Source of the DNA: Isurus oxyrinchus
Lineage: Eukaryota
Length of the DNA stretch: 64,000 nt
Direction: 5' to 3'
Assembly: GCA_026770705.1 (NCBI GenBank)
Contig: JANJGN010000005.1
Span: 121,706,001-121,770,000, forward strand
Notes under the pieces: generated by a model
Seen by the model: only the letters and a program-made list of their open reading frames with translations
Databases searched by the model: none
Told to the model about the DNA's origin: nothing
Shown: positions 52,001 through 64,000 of the stretch, piece after piece
Layout of the letters: each line of letters opens with the position of its first letter
Numbering within the stretch: position 1 is the stretch's first letter
Position numbers and translations under genes: made by a program

Positions 52001-53552
52001 TTTTTTTTCAACATCCCTTCAATTGAACCCTCACCCCACTAATTAATTTGAAGTCCTATAGGACTTTAAACTAATTGTATAACCCTAGTTATACCATTCG
52101 CCAGGACAGTGATCCCAGCATGGTTCAAATGAAACCCATCCCAATGGAACAGCTCTCTCCTCCAGAACTAGTGCCAGTGCCACATGAATCGAAGCCCATT
52201 TCTCCCGCACCAGTCTTTGAGCCATGCATTTACCTCTCTCATCTTATTTACTGTATGCCAATTTGCACGTGGCTCAGGTATTGATCCAGAGATTACTACC
52301 TTTGTGGCTCTGCTTTTTAATTTAGCCCCAAGCTGCTTGTAGTCCCTCAGCAGAACCTCTTTCCTAATCCTAGCCATATTATTGGTACCAACATGAGCCA
52401 TGACAACTGTATCCTTCCTCTCCCACTCCCAAGTTCCTCTCCAGCCCAGAAGAGACGCCCTTAACCTAGAGACCAGGTAGGCAACGCAGCCTTCAGGACT
52501 CTCTATCTTTGCTGCAGAGAACAGTATCCATTCCCCTAACTGTGCTATCCCCCATCACTACTACATTTCTCTTTTCTCCCCTCACTTGAATGACACTCTG
52601 TAGCACGGTGCTGTGGCCAGTTCGCTAATTCTCCCTGCAGTCTGTGCCCTCGTCCACACTGGGAGCAAGAATCTCTTACCTATTGGTCAAAGGTACTGGC
52701 TGAGGCTCCTCCAAAACTAAATTCTGGATCCCCATACCTGCCTCACTCGCAGTCACACCCTCCTGTCGCTAACCATGGTCCAAATTTGAAGTAATTAATC
52801 TAAGGGAAGTGACTATTTTCTGAAACACAGTCCAGGTACCTCTCTCCCTCCATGATATGCCACAGTGTCCACAGCACGGACTCCAGCTCATCAACTCTGA
52901 GCCGAAGTTCCTCGAGCAGCCAACACTTGCTGCAGATGTGGTCACCACGGACCACACCGCCGACCACTGGCGACCACCAGCACCACATACTATAGCTGCA
53001 ACACATCGCCTACCCAGACATCTCTATTCTATTTGATTAATTAATTTAGATGTTAAATATTTTAAAAGTGAATTTCTTAACTGTACTCTTCAGCTGTAAT
53101 AACGTCTCCTGATTTAAACCAATTGGCCAATCAAAAGAGTCACAGAAGAGATACCCACCAATCACCTACCAGCTTTCCTTTGATGTCACACTTTGGCTCT
53201 GACATGTAGAAACAGGTTTAAGGGGATCTCTGCCGCTGGTTTTTATCTGCCGCTGCCCTTCTCACACACAGGTCAGCTCCCTGTGTCCGAACTCCCGGCT
53301 CTCCCCGCTGTTTTAAACTGAGCTCCCAGCTCTCTCCTCGCTGTTATAAACTGAACTCCCCGCTCCCCTCGCTGTTTTAAACTGAACTCCCGTCTCTCCT
53401 CGTTGTTTTGAACTGAACTCCCAGTTTTCTCCTCGCTGTTTTGAACTGATCTCCCGGCTCTTTCCTTGCTGTTTTGAACTGAACCCCCGGCTCTCTTCTC
53501 GCTGTTTTAAACTGAAACTCCTTCCTCTCTCCTCATTTGGTGTGTTCTCCAT
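49001..53552 (-). mobile_element. Near full-length decayed CR1 LINE: 5' UTR, ORF1 (zinc finger/coiled coil + SGNH esterase), ORF2 (APE + RT), 3' UTR
   Basis: HICSKCWLLEELRLRVDELE; HVGTNN...VVISG; VESVWVEI...GVIYRPP...MGDFN; KSPGPDGLHPKVLK; QHGFVKGKSCLTNLLEFF; YRVLVRPYLE; many frameshifts. Confidence 0.93.
53285..53522. repeat. ~32-bp tandem repeat (about 7-8 units) in the CR1 5' UTR
   Basis: Unit approximately CCCGGCTCTCCTCGCTGTTTTAAACTGAACT. Confidence 0.9.
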
Positions 53553-53899
53553 GGCAAGTAGCACCTGACTAACAACTAAATTTTTTGAGCAGTAAACAAG
53601 GAGAGTTGAGAAGAATAGCCCGTTTGAGGTTGTCTATCTGGATTTCAACAAGATTTTTGACAAGGTCCCACATAGCAGACTGATCAGTAAATGGATAGCT
53701 CATGGGACCCAAGGAAAAGTGGCAGGTTGGATCCAAGATTGGCTTAGTGGCAGGAAGCAAAGGGTCATGATTGATTGGCGGTTTTGTGACTGCAAGGCTG
53801 ATTCAGGGCTCCCTACTGGGCCCCTGGCTGTTCGTGGCACATATCAATGATTCAGACTTAAATATAGGGTACATAATTAATAAGATTATAAGATGATCA

Positions 53900-54300
53900 A
53901 AAATAGAAATAGAATAGGCCATTTGGCCCATCAAGCCTGCTCTGCCATTCAGTAAGATCAAGGCTGATCTGATTGTGGCATTAACTCCACTTTCCTGCCT
54001 GTCCGCCATAACCCTTAACTCCGTTGTAGATCAAAAATTTGTCTAACTCAATCTTGAACATGTTCAATGGCCCAGTCTCCACAGATTTCTGGGGAAGAGA
54101 ATTCCAAAGGCTAACAACCTCCTGAGAGAAGAGACTCCTCCTTATCTCTGTCTCAAATAGAAGACCCCTTGTTTTTTTAAATTGTACCGCCTAACTCTAG
54201 ATTCCCCCATGAGGGGAAACATTGCCTCAGCATCTACCCTGTCAAACCTCCTCAGAACCTTATGTTTCAATAAGATTACCTCTCAATTTGCTAAACTCCA
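53900..54300 (-). mobile_element. CR1 3' end fragment
   Basis: Similar to 49020-49390. Confidence 0.8.
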
Positions 54301-54679
54301 AGTCTGTAATAGTTACTTAGAACTTTATTTTCACCTTAGCATAGCTCCTGAGGTCTACCCATAGTGACTACTGGGTGAGTTGACATAGAGGCTGTAGAGG
54401 AAAGGTTGGTGGGTGGGGGGGCATGGGTTGGTATCATTTGGCACTAAGTTGGCACAGGGACTATCAGGGGCCATGATGGGGGTGGGGGGGTGGGGTGTGG
54501 TGTTATGAGAAAGGTTGGAATTTCACTAGAGAGGAGATTTACAGGGATGTTGCCAGGGCTGGAAAATTGCAGCTATGAGGAAAGATCAGATGGCTGGGGG
54601 TGTTCTCCTTGGAACAGAGGAGATTGAGAGTTAATTTCTTTGAGATGTACTAAATTGTGAGGAGTCTTGTTAAAGTTTT

Positions 54680-55820
54680 TTCCTCTTTCACGGGATGTGG
54701 GCTTCGCTGGCTAGGCCAACGTTTATTGCCCATCCCTAATTGCCCTTGAGAAGGTGGTGGTGAGCTGCCTTCTTGAATCGATGCAGTCCACGTGGTGTAG
54801 GTACACCTACAGTGCTGTTAGGGAGGGAGTTCCAGGATTTTGACCCATGACAGTGAAGGAACAGTAATATATTTCCAAGTCAGGATGGTGAGTGGCTTGG
54901 AGGGGAACTTGCCAGTGGTGGTGTTCCCATGTGTCTGCTGCCCTTGTTCTTCTAGATGGTAGTGGTCGTGGGTTTGGAAGGTGCTGTCTAAGGAGCCATG
55001 GTGAGTTCTTGGAGTGCATCTTGTAGATGGTACACACTGCTGCCACTGTGCGTCGGTGGTGAAGGGAGTGAATGTTTGTGGATGGGGTGCCAATCAAGTG
55101 GGCTGCTTTGTCCTGGATGGCGTCAAGCCTCTTGAGTGTTGTTGGAGCTACACTCATCCAGGCAAGTAGCAAGTATTCCATCACACCCCTGACTTGTGCT
55201 TTGTAGATGGTGGATAGGCTTTGGGGAGTCAGGAGGTGAATTACTCACTGCAGGATTCCTAGCCTCTGAGCTGCTCTTGTAGTCACAGTATTTATATAGC
55301 TAGCCCAGTTCATTTTCTGGTCAATGGTAACCTCCTGGATGTTGATTTAGTGGGGGGATTCAGTGATGGTAGTGCCATTAGATGTCAAGGGGTGATGGTT
55401 GGATTGTCTCTTGTTGGAGATGGTCATTGCCTGACACTTCTGTGGCGTGAATGTTACTTACTGCTTGTCAGCCCAAGCCTGGATATTGTCCAGGTCTTGC
55501 TGTCAAATGCTGCCTTGATATCAAGGGCAGTCACTCTCATTTCACCTCTGGAGTTCAGCTCTTTTGTCCATGTTTGAAGCAAGGCTGTAATGAGGTCAGG
55601 AGCTGAATGATCCTGGCAGAACTCAAACTGAGCATCGGTGAGCAGATTATTGCTAAGCAAGTGCCATTTGATAGCACTGTTGATGACCCCCTCCATCACT
55701 TTACTGGTGATCGAGAGTAGACAGTTGGGGTGGTAATTGGCTGGGTTGGACTTGTCCTGCGTTTTGTGTACAGGACACGCCTGAGCAATTTTCCACATTG
55801 CTGGGTGGATGCCAGTGTTG
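54680..55820 (-). mobile_element. CR1/L2-group LINE 3' portion with internal deletion, inserted in a CR1 tail (54520-54675 and 55820-56110)
   Basis: WKIAQACPVHK...NPANY...VTALDIKAAFD and MEY...WMSVAPTTLKRLDAIQDKAAHLIG...SLHHRRTVAA. Confidence 0.88.
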
Positions 55821-57429
55821 TGGATGGAAAGAGCTTATTTATCTTAGCAGAGAGATCAGTGTCCGGGGGCATAGATTTAAAGTGATTGGTAGGAGTATTT
55901 GAGGGGTGATGAAGAAAAAACGTTTCACCCAGAAGGTTGTAGGGGTCTGGATCTCACTGCCTGAAAAGATGGTAAAGACAGAAAACTTCATTTCATTTGA
56001 AAAGTGCCTGGACATATACTGAAGTGCTGTAATCCGCAGGGCTACGGACCAAATGTTGGAAAGTGGGATTAGGCTGGATAGCATAGTTTTGTCGTTTCTA
56101 TGATTCTATGAGTTGGCACTAAGTTGGCATAGGGGCTATTAATTAACATACAACTGGGACAAAATCCCAGAGAACTAAGGCGGGTCTTTTATCCAACCTG
56201 TCTCAGCACTCAGCAGCCCCTGTGACCACCTCTAATTTGCGTCCGGTAGCAGCAGACCTGACTCTATCCCGCGCTTGCCACCAAAATGAAAATCGCAGCT
56301 TTCGGGGCACTTTTTCTTGAGGTGGGTGCACGGGCTGGGAAATTTCCAGACTCCAGCTATCTGCCTCCAAGATGAAAATCCAGTCCATTTTTCTTTTAGA
56401 AATGCCTTGATTGAAAACATTTTTTTTGCCATTTACTGATTTCTTACTGCAATTTCAGACCTTTAATTATTTGATAATGATGTTAATGACACAGTGTATG
56501 TTTCTGAAAATTATACAGTCATTCATGTATTTACTGCCAAAAAATGTTATCCAGTTTGTTTCATGGCATGTGATCCCATAAATGTGTTAAAAGACAGTGG
56601 ATTGCCTTGTTCTTACCCCAGCAATGTCCTGCTTTTGTACGGTATATGTCTTGCCGTATCTAATGTACTTGCCAAACAGATTAGATTAACTTTGCTTATC
56701 TTTATTCACAACTTTCTTTGGTTATAATACCAAAGGACTTTCTATTTTCTGTGCAAAAAACTTCTGGGCTGACACAGCTCCTTCAAACTATCTAGATGCT
56801 ATTCTGCTCTGTGTAGTTGCTAAAATGAAATGCACTTCATACAATAGTATTTTTGGGCTTCTGCAATTTGATTGTATCAATTGTAAGAAAGAGTTTTTGC
56901 TTAAAGTACAATTGGTGATCAGGTGCAAGTTGTGCTCAAAATTGTGCTAGTTTTGCAATTTTTTTTTATCTGTTCAAACTTATTTGCATATTGTCAAAAT
57001 TTTGCATGAGCTTGTGCAGTTGGACAGCGTTTTAAAATGTAATTTTAAAATATATTTCTTTGTATTAAAAAGAATTCCATGGTGTATTTATGACTGGTGC
57101 AGTTTTATTATTTTTAATTAATTTATTGATTAAGCATTTTTAATCAGAGCATCTAGTCTAGCGTTGTCCAATATACTTGTCACTTGCCACACATGTCAAA
57201 ATGGTCACATATGACTAATTGATGCTGTCCACTTTTACAGTCACACATTACTGAGTTGTGTTAAAGTTGCAGCAGTGGGTATGAGTATGGGTGTCACTTG
57301 CTAGACTGCTAATTGTTGTACGTCCCGAATTGAGCAATGAAGAATGAACCATGTTGCTGTTAGATAGGAGTCACCTATTGATCAGACTATGACCATGTTT
57401 ATCAGAATATAGTTCGGTTGTCAGGTTTC

Positions 57430-57900
57430 TACTGACCTGGAAGCTTAAGGGCCACTTAGTCAATGAAAGAAGAAAAACAATCTGCTTTGTTACCTTCTTT
57501 TCCTGTATTCTCTGGATGCCTCTAAATGACAATACATTTAAATCTATGGGACCACTCTGTGAAGCACTGTGAAAGCAGGATTGGCCTTTGGAAGGACATT
57601 GCTCTGATTGCTCTTGAAATTTTCTTGGAGAGTCTAGTGACACAGTGAGTGCTAACTGAATAACTTGGTTTGCATAGCTGTAATTGGTGTTTTTTAGAAA
57701 ATAAGTGAGGTGTGTGAGTGGTGGACAGCACTGCATAGTTGCCACTGAGGGTTAAAATGTGCAATTTTGGCAAGTTGGGGTGTGTAGCAAGACCCAAAGT
57801 CCTCTGGATATCTGTGGAAATGAGCTACTGAAAGGAATAGAATGCTATTGGCATAAAAGGAGAGTTTACAGAACACTGCACATGATCCAAGGGCCTATTG
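57430..57900 (+). repeat. Unclassified old interspersed repeat, homolog of 32780-33320
   Basis: See the 32780-33320 entry. Confidence 0.75.
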
Positions 57901-58850
57901 AATTTCTGGATGCTGTGTTTGGAAATGGCAGGCGACAGAACCTGAGCAAAAGTTGGACCGCAGAAGTAATACATAGAGGTCTGTTGATTATTTTCCCTCC
58001 CCGAGCCTCCTGATATATCAGTTCTGTTTCTTTTTTTAAAAAGAGACTGTTTATTCTTGAGGAAATTTGTTTTTTTGAAATAAACTGGAGCACAATGTTA
58101 GAAACAGAATACTTCAGTTAACAGATTGCCACCACCCTTTGAGAGCATATACAGCACATTTGCTTTGCTGAACAGTTGGTTTACAAAACTCTTTTGAGGC
58201 TCTTCTCCTGATTTTTTTTTTATTTGATTGAAGTGTGGCTATTTGCAGTGCAGTAGCTTGTGGAAACTCTATTTACATTGCATGTCGGTTGGCACTTGAA
58301 ATTCTCAATCTTTTTATGCTGGTTTGGCTGATTTTGGTTGAGTTGTGCTAACACCAACTTGATCTAGTGGAAACTCCATGCCTATATTTGTGTTTCGAGA
58401 TCAATCCAAGAGTACAGGAGCAGTATGAGTTCCTTTCAATTTTCTTGCGTAAATGACTAAAACCAAGGTGCTAATTACTTTCCATATTTGAATACATTGC
58501 AGGTTAGTGACTGGTTTGACTCAAATGTTGCTACTTCATTGAAAACAATCAGAGTACTTGAATTACTTAGGTTTTTTTAGTGGCAAAAAATTGCAACTTT
58601 TTCTGAATGTATTTCATTTTTATTTTTCTGAGCACTATAAAACTATGTAAAATTACATTGAATATACAGCACAGAAACAAGCCATTCAGCCCCACCAATG
58701 TTTATGCTTCGCTTGGGCTAATTTTCTTGGGTAATCAGTTAGCTTCACTAATCCAAGCTAAATTGGCTCTTTCTTTTTCACGTTTTTGAGCCGACATGAT
58801 TTTGCAAATAGAACACTTGTAATTGAACAACTTTTCAAAATTTATTTTAG

Positions 58851-58997
58851 ATCCAGCATCAAGAGAAGCTGCTGGAGCAACAACATCAGAAATACATGGC
58901 TTCAGTTAACATAGTTGAAAAGCATCAGCAGATGATTCATTCTTTAGAAGAGGACCTTCAAACTGCCATGATTGCAGAAAGGGAAATGGCTACTCAG
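58851..58997 (+). CDS. Internal exon of the coiled-coil gene (147 nt, phase 0-0)
   Basis: tttattttag acceptor, CAG|gtaaaa donor; IQHQEKLLEQQHQKYMASVNIVEKHQQMIHSLEEDLQTAMIAEREMATQ. Confidence 0.78.
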
Positions 58998-60174
58998 GTA
59001 AAACAAGAATACTATTTTTAAATACAGACATTATAACCGTATTATGAAAGTACTATTATTTAATACTGTTAGCGTATTACGATTGTGTAATGGATAAGCT
59101 CAATGCTTTGCCACTTTGTGTAACTTCTGTGGATCACAGCATATAAGTTGACCTTTGAATCCTTGAAAAATCCTACCAAAATTGGGGGTTGATTTATACA
59201 CTAAGTATAAAATATGAACTGCTGGTGTTGTGTTCGGGATTTTGAAATGTGAAAAAAGGATAACATTAGTAATTCAAATTAAATTAATATGACACATTTA
59301 TTGAATGAATTAATTGCAAACATGATCCTTAAATGACTTATTGAGGCTATTATGATCACAGCTGGTGTTAATTGCTGCGCAAACCAAATCCCAAAGGGAA
59401 ACTTGGCTCATGGGCCATAACTTTTTTCTTTATATTCTGAAAACGAGAAGAAAATGTACTAATCTCAGCAGTAAGCGGTTCAGTAACACTTATTTGGGAT
59501 TTTTAAAAATTAAAAGTAAAAGTTTTATTATCAAGAATAAAAGAAAACTTAATCACACAAGATTGCAGTTACACAATTAAGGTTAGCCTTACAAAATATT
59601 CCCAAAAAACACCCCTCTGCTTGGTCAAACCCACAAGCAAACACCTCCCAGGCAACACTCCCTTATTTAGATGTCTAAACATGAAATCTAGTAATATTAT
59701 CCAAAGCAAACTGCTGTTGCCTCAATAAAGGCATACCACGTGACATTTACCCTCATCCACTCTGCAGCGGAATCCATTTCAGAATAAAACTGCTTGTTGC
59801 AGCCCATAATTTTTCTGGCTTGACTGGATGGCTGAACAAACAACATCCTCTCCCAGCCCAGAGCTCCAGCTGTAGCTTATCAGCTCAAACAACTCCAGCT
59901 ATCTCCCCAACTAAGCCCTCCATACTAACTCTGAAATACCTTTTTTCTTGCCTTTCAACTCTGGTTCCATTGTTCTCACACCTCTTTGAACCTCAAATCC
60001 TTCCAAAGATAAAAGTTGTTATGTCTTTAGCTCGCCTTTGCTTTTGGGTTAATAAGGTATAATACCCTCACTACTGTTGACGTATGGAACTCCTGCAAGA
60101 TGCAAACATGTTTCTTTGTACCTCTGACTCCCCTTTGATATTCAAACAAACTCTCAACTTATCTAAAAATGCAA

Positions 60175-60543
60175 GGGGAGGCAATAGCATAGTGGTATTG
60201 TTGCTGGACTAGTAATCCAGAGACCCAGGGTAATGTTCTGGGGACCTGGGTTTGAATCCTTCTATAGCAGTTGGTGGAATTTAAATTTAATAAAAATCTG
60301 GAATTAAAAGCCTAATGATGACCATGAAACCATTGTTGATTGTCTTAAAAACCCATCTGGTTCACTAATCTCCTTTAGGGAAGGAAATCTGCTGTCCTTC
60401 CCTGACCTGGCCTATATGTGACTCCAGGGCAAGGTTAATATATTCCACAGCAATGTGTCTTACATGCCCCCTGAACAAGGGCAATTAGGGATGGGCAATA
60501 AATGCCGGCCAGTGATGCCCACATCTCATGAAGAAAAAAAAAA
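60175..60543 (+). mobile_element. tRNA-derived SINE with a LINE-derived 3' tail
   Basis: A-box-like TAGCATAGTGG, B-box-like GGTTTGAATCC, tail AAGGGCAATTAGGGATGGGCAATAAATG...CCCACATC, then poly-A. Confidence 0.85.
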
Positions 60544-60719
60544 TGTTACACCTAACCTATTCACAAACCTGGAGACAACCTGGCTCCTATCAATCTCTTT
60601 CCCAGCTTAATTAAATCTCCCTCACTCACGCACACAGTCTTTTTTACAGAATAACACAATATCCCCCAAAAATATATAAAACAATAACATCGATTCTTAC
60701 AAGGCACACATCCAAAAGT

Positions 60720-61720
60720 TGAACTACAGATGTTAGACCCCCTGGTGTACTGCAATTTGGGTGTTATTTCTTCACTGCCACCACTTGATCTCATTGGTTA
60801 TCTGGGATCTGAACAATGTTCCACAGTAACACAAAAACAAAAATTGCTGGAAAAACTCAGCAGGTCTGACAGCATCTGTGGAGAAGAAGACAGAGTTAAC
60901 ATTTCGAGTCCGTATGACTCTTCATCAGAACTGGTTCCACGCTAGTAAGCTGTATTCTTTGCATAGGACACTCGGGTGCCTATTCCACACATTATCGATC
61001 GACAACTTCACTCCACCTCATCCATCCAACCTCTGTCATGGACATACACAAAAACTCCAGCAGGGAACTTGATTTTCAGCGTGGTTTTATGTTTGAAAAT
61101 TATGATAATTTTGTTCTGTTGGCCATACAGGTTAATACCACTCTGAATCTTGACTTCCCATGTCCTGTGGTTTTCACTATAACTGTTTTTGAACCATTTC
61201 AATCCATAGTTTGGTTGCTGGTCATATTAAAATTCATGGGTGTTTCATCCATGTTGCCGATGTGACATAATGGGTACTTGTGTTTTTGCCACTGTCTGAT
61301 GATGAATTGCTGAAAATTAGTAATTTTGGCATTGAGATATTTTGGTAGTCTCTGAGTGATCTTGATCTTCTGCCACACTGGACTGTTTAATTCCATAAAT
61401 TGGCTATGCCAACTAGCTGTTGCTCTGAAATCTTTGCTTGATTCATGGCCCACATAAGTGCCTATATATGCATTGCATTTCTGGCGATGATGAAACCATT
61501 CTGATGATATTTGAGGACCCATTCTGATAGATACTTCTCAAGATCAGGCCAGTAGCTGATCCCTGTTCTCATGGCGCTTTTAATCTTGGAAATCTTCTTC
61601 AGGGCAGATTCCTCCTTCTTCAATTCTCCCTGTGTAGCACAGTTATTTGATGAGTTAGCAAATGTTACAACTTCTACCTCAAAACCTGCTTCATATTTCA
61701 TTCTTTTGCTGGATGACCCA
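60720..61720 (-). pseudogene. pogo/POGK-like transposase remnant (Brinker-type DBD, CENP-B HTH, DDE_1)
   Basis: KRMKYEAGFEVEVV, YWPDLEKYLSEWV, FRATASW, HIGNMDETPMNFNM, KTTGH; stops and frameshifts. Confidence 0.88.
60894..60932 (-). ncRNA. Hammerhead motif with canonical CUGAUGA core, inside a ~110-bp mini PLE insertion (60825-60933)
   Basis: Reverse complement AGTT-CTGATGA-A-GAGTC-ATACG-GACTC-GAAA-TGTT-AACT; flanked by GTTCCAC repeats (60818-60824 / 60934-60940). Confidence 0.75.
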
Positions 61721-63691
61721 TTTCTCTTTGCCGTTCGCCAGGCATAGTCTGCTCTGTGTGGGTGTGTCTTAAACTCCCACACATCTTGGTAACACAGCCA
61801 TATTGCCAGGTTGATTGCATGCGCCGACTTATAAGGTGAGTAAAGCAAGCATTTCTGAAGTGAAAAATTGAGGTGACTCCTAATGCGAGTATAGCATTTC
61901 TTAATAGAAAAGGCAGTGTGAGGGGGAGGGTAGTCAACTCCTTTGCCGAGCTAAGGCCTAAACATAATTTTTGTGTTGAGAAAATGGGGTCGACTTATAT
62001 GCCACGATCTAAGATTAATTATCTTAAAATTGTTTGTTTTCAGGAAAAGAGTGCTTAAAAAATCCATCTCCTCAATTTACATTTTCTTATTAAAATTTTA
62101 AACATGCACTTTGCTTCTGAATCTTAAAATATACCTGTGCCGTACATGAACTCTAAATGATGTTTGCCTCGTTTTGCTGTGGACGTCCTTTGTTAGGAGA
62201 TAAGCGGCCTTACTTTAAATGTGAATTGTTGTGATGTTGGTGCACTTGAGTGTATTTGGAAGGATGCAAGTGGAAGTATTTCAGATGATTTGAACTTATC
62301 CTGTAAATTTGTTTGTAAAGTAATGCATGTTTAAAAAGTGATCTTCCACTTTTAGACAAATAATTCTTCGAACAGCAGTGCATCCATATTTCCACCCCCA
62401 ATTTTGCTGGAGCTCTTATTTCAATACCCTTCTCCCTAACTCTCGATTTTCTGCTCCCTCCTTAGGCTCCTGGATTCCCATTCACCTTTCTCTGGTTTCT
62501 GAACTCTCATGCACATCTCATCATTGATCTCTCATTCCTCCATTTGTACTCAGCAGTGCCTCAGTTAGGTGGGGGGACTGAGGTAGGGATGGTGATGACA
62601 GCACTTAATTCAAATATATGCTCAATAGATTGCATTTTAAAACATTTAATAGACAGTTGTTTAAATTTGTTTGTGTTTCGCTGGACAATATTTCTCAACC
62701 TGGCTGGTTCAAAATGGACAATCTGCCTGAAATCTTTGGAAAGGCCATATTACATCTGTTTTAACATTTTCACTTTCTCAGCCCACTGTCTTCCTCTGCA
62801 GTAAATGTGATAGAGAATACAATGCCAGAGTGGGGCTCTTGAACCACACCAGGCAATGCTTAACACAGAGTTGACCACCACAATGCAAACCATCATCTTA
62901 CAAGTTAGAAGGCTGCCACTAGGTATAAAATGTGTGAGCAGTAAGAAAAGTAAAAGAACTGCTCTATAAGAATGCAACAGTTGTGACATTTCTACTTAGA
63001 AGAATTAAGTTTAACAACGAATATAAAATGTATTTTGTCATTCCTACTTTTCATTTCCCCTTACTGTTTAATAAATTTGTATGTCAGTTAAAGCCTATGT
63101 CACAGTTTAATGTATTGTTTTTTCCACCCTTCAAAGGTAAAAAGTATCATGTGCAGATATGTGGTAGAAGTCGAAGAAGATTCTCTGTTCAATCCTAGGG
63201 CATACCACAAATTTACTAGATATTATGACAAAGCAAAAGGATGTTGTGAGACAGTGAGATTAATGATTAGGTTTGGTATGTAAAGTGGGTATTGAAGTGT
63301 AGAGATCTACACATAGCCTGTTGATTTCATTGAGGTCACAAGTAGATTGTCATCTGCTTTCCTTCTGGATGCAGTGGGCCTGCAGTAAAGTATTTGTTTA
63401 GAATTTTCAGTACTTATTGTCTGAATCATAGAAGGGGATGGTTACAGCACAGAAGGAGGCCATTTGGCTTGTCATATCCATGCTGGCTCTCTGCTAGAGT
63501 AACTCACCAATCCCAATCCACTGCCTTTTCCCCGTAACTATGCTTATAGTGTTTTGCCTGCTGAACAGAGGAGTTTTTCTGTGCCTGTGGACAGCAGGAG
63601 GTATAGATCCCCTCTATCTGAATTGGATTTTTTAAGTCACTTTGGACTTCTGTTATTTTGGGGCAGTAGGCAACCCATTTCCATGTAGGAG

Positions 63692-63840
63692 AGCAAACTA
63701 CTGCAAATAGTAGAAATCTGAATTAAATACAGAAAATGCTGCAAATATTAAACTGGTCTGGAAGCATCTGTGGAGAGAGAAACGTGTTTGAGAGAAAAAT
63801 CCTTGATGAGAATTTACAGCATTTTCTGTCTTTATTCAAT
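63692..63840 (-). mobile_element. Old PLE tail fragment with a short inverted arm
   Basis: GAAATCTGAATTAAATACAGAAAATGCTG...AGCATCTGTGGAGAGAGAAAC followed by CAGCATTTTCTGT. Confidence 0.65.
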
Positions 63841-64000
63841 TTGTATGTATTTCAGGCTGGACTGATTACTTCCTCAAAGGACATCAGTGAGTCAATTGGA
63901 TTTTTTATAATAATCCAGCAAATTTTATGGTCACTTTTTTTTTGTGCTAGCTAATCAATCGCCAGTCTAATTAAACTCAATTTCATAACTCGTGGGATGG

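Larger units (their letters stand above)
46600..53890 (+). mobile_element. Old CR1 ORF2 fragments on + (about 46600-47110, 47700-49000, 53553-53890) interrupted by a MITE and a minus-strand CR1
   Basis: DPDEMYSKLLREAREEIVETLTIF; the YGFVKG|K..LT motif is split across 49000/53553. Confidence 0.7.
59132..62009 (-). mobile_element. Decayed pogo-family DNA transposon with nested insertions
   Basis: TIR pair GATCACAGCATATAAGTTGACC (59132-59153) / GGTCGACTTATATGCCACGATC (61988-62009); transposase remnant inside. Confidence 0.8.

Noticed and set aside
60175-60270. tRNA gene
   Set aside because: It is the head of a SINE with body, LINE tail and poly-A; no intact cloverleaf.

Overview
Eukaryotic, repeat-dense intronic DNA. 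The repeat inventory (Penelope-like elements with hammerhead tails, CR1 LINEs, Deu-domain SINEs, Harbinger transposons/MITEs) points to a cartilaginous fish, probably a shark (inference). The only host-gene signal is a set of short phase-0 exons of a + strand coiled-coil protein (45264-45422, 46169-46252 with a GC donor, 58851-58997, and possibly 25067-25162, which has an in-frame TAG). The rest is nested transposons, mostly decayed. The notable part is a young Penelope-like (Neptune-type) family. One copy has an uninterrupted but 5'-truncated RT + GIY-YIG frame (6634-8532) and a near-identical copy inserted inverted in its own 3' UTR. A second insertion is a ~1.7-kb palindrome whose central spacer is an exact 33-nt reverse-complement copy of DNA 3.7 kb upstream. 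All six complete hammerhead ribozyme motifs of this family have a non-canonical CUGUCGA core, while an older relative keeps CUGAUGA. All calls are from reading the sequence by eye; no database search or alignment was run, and boundaries of decayed repeats are approximate.
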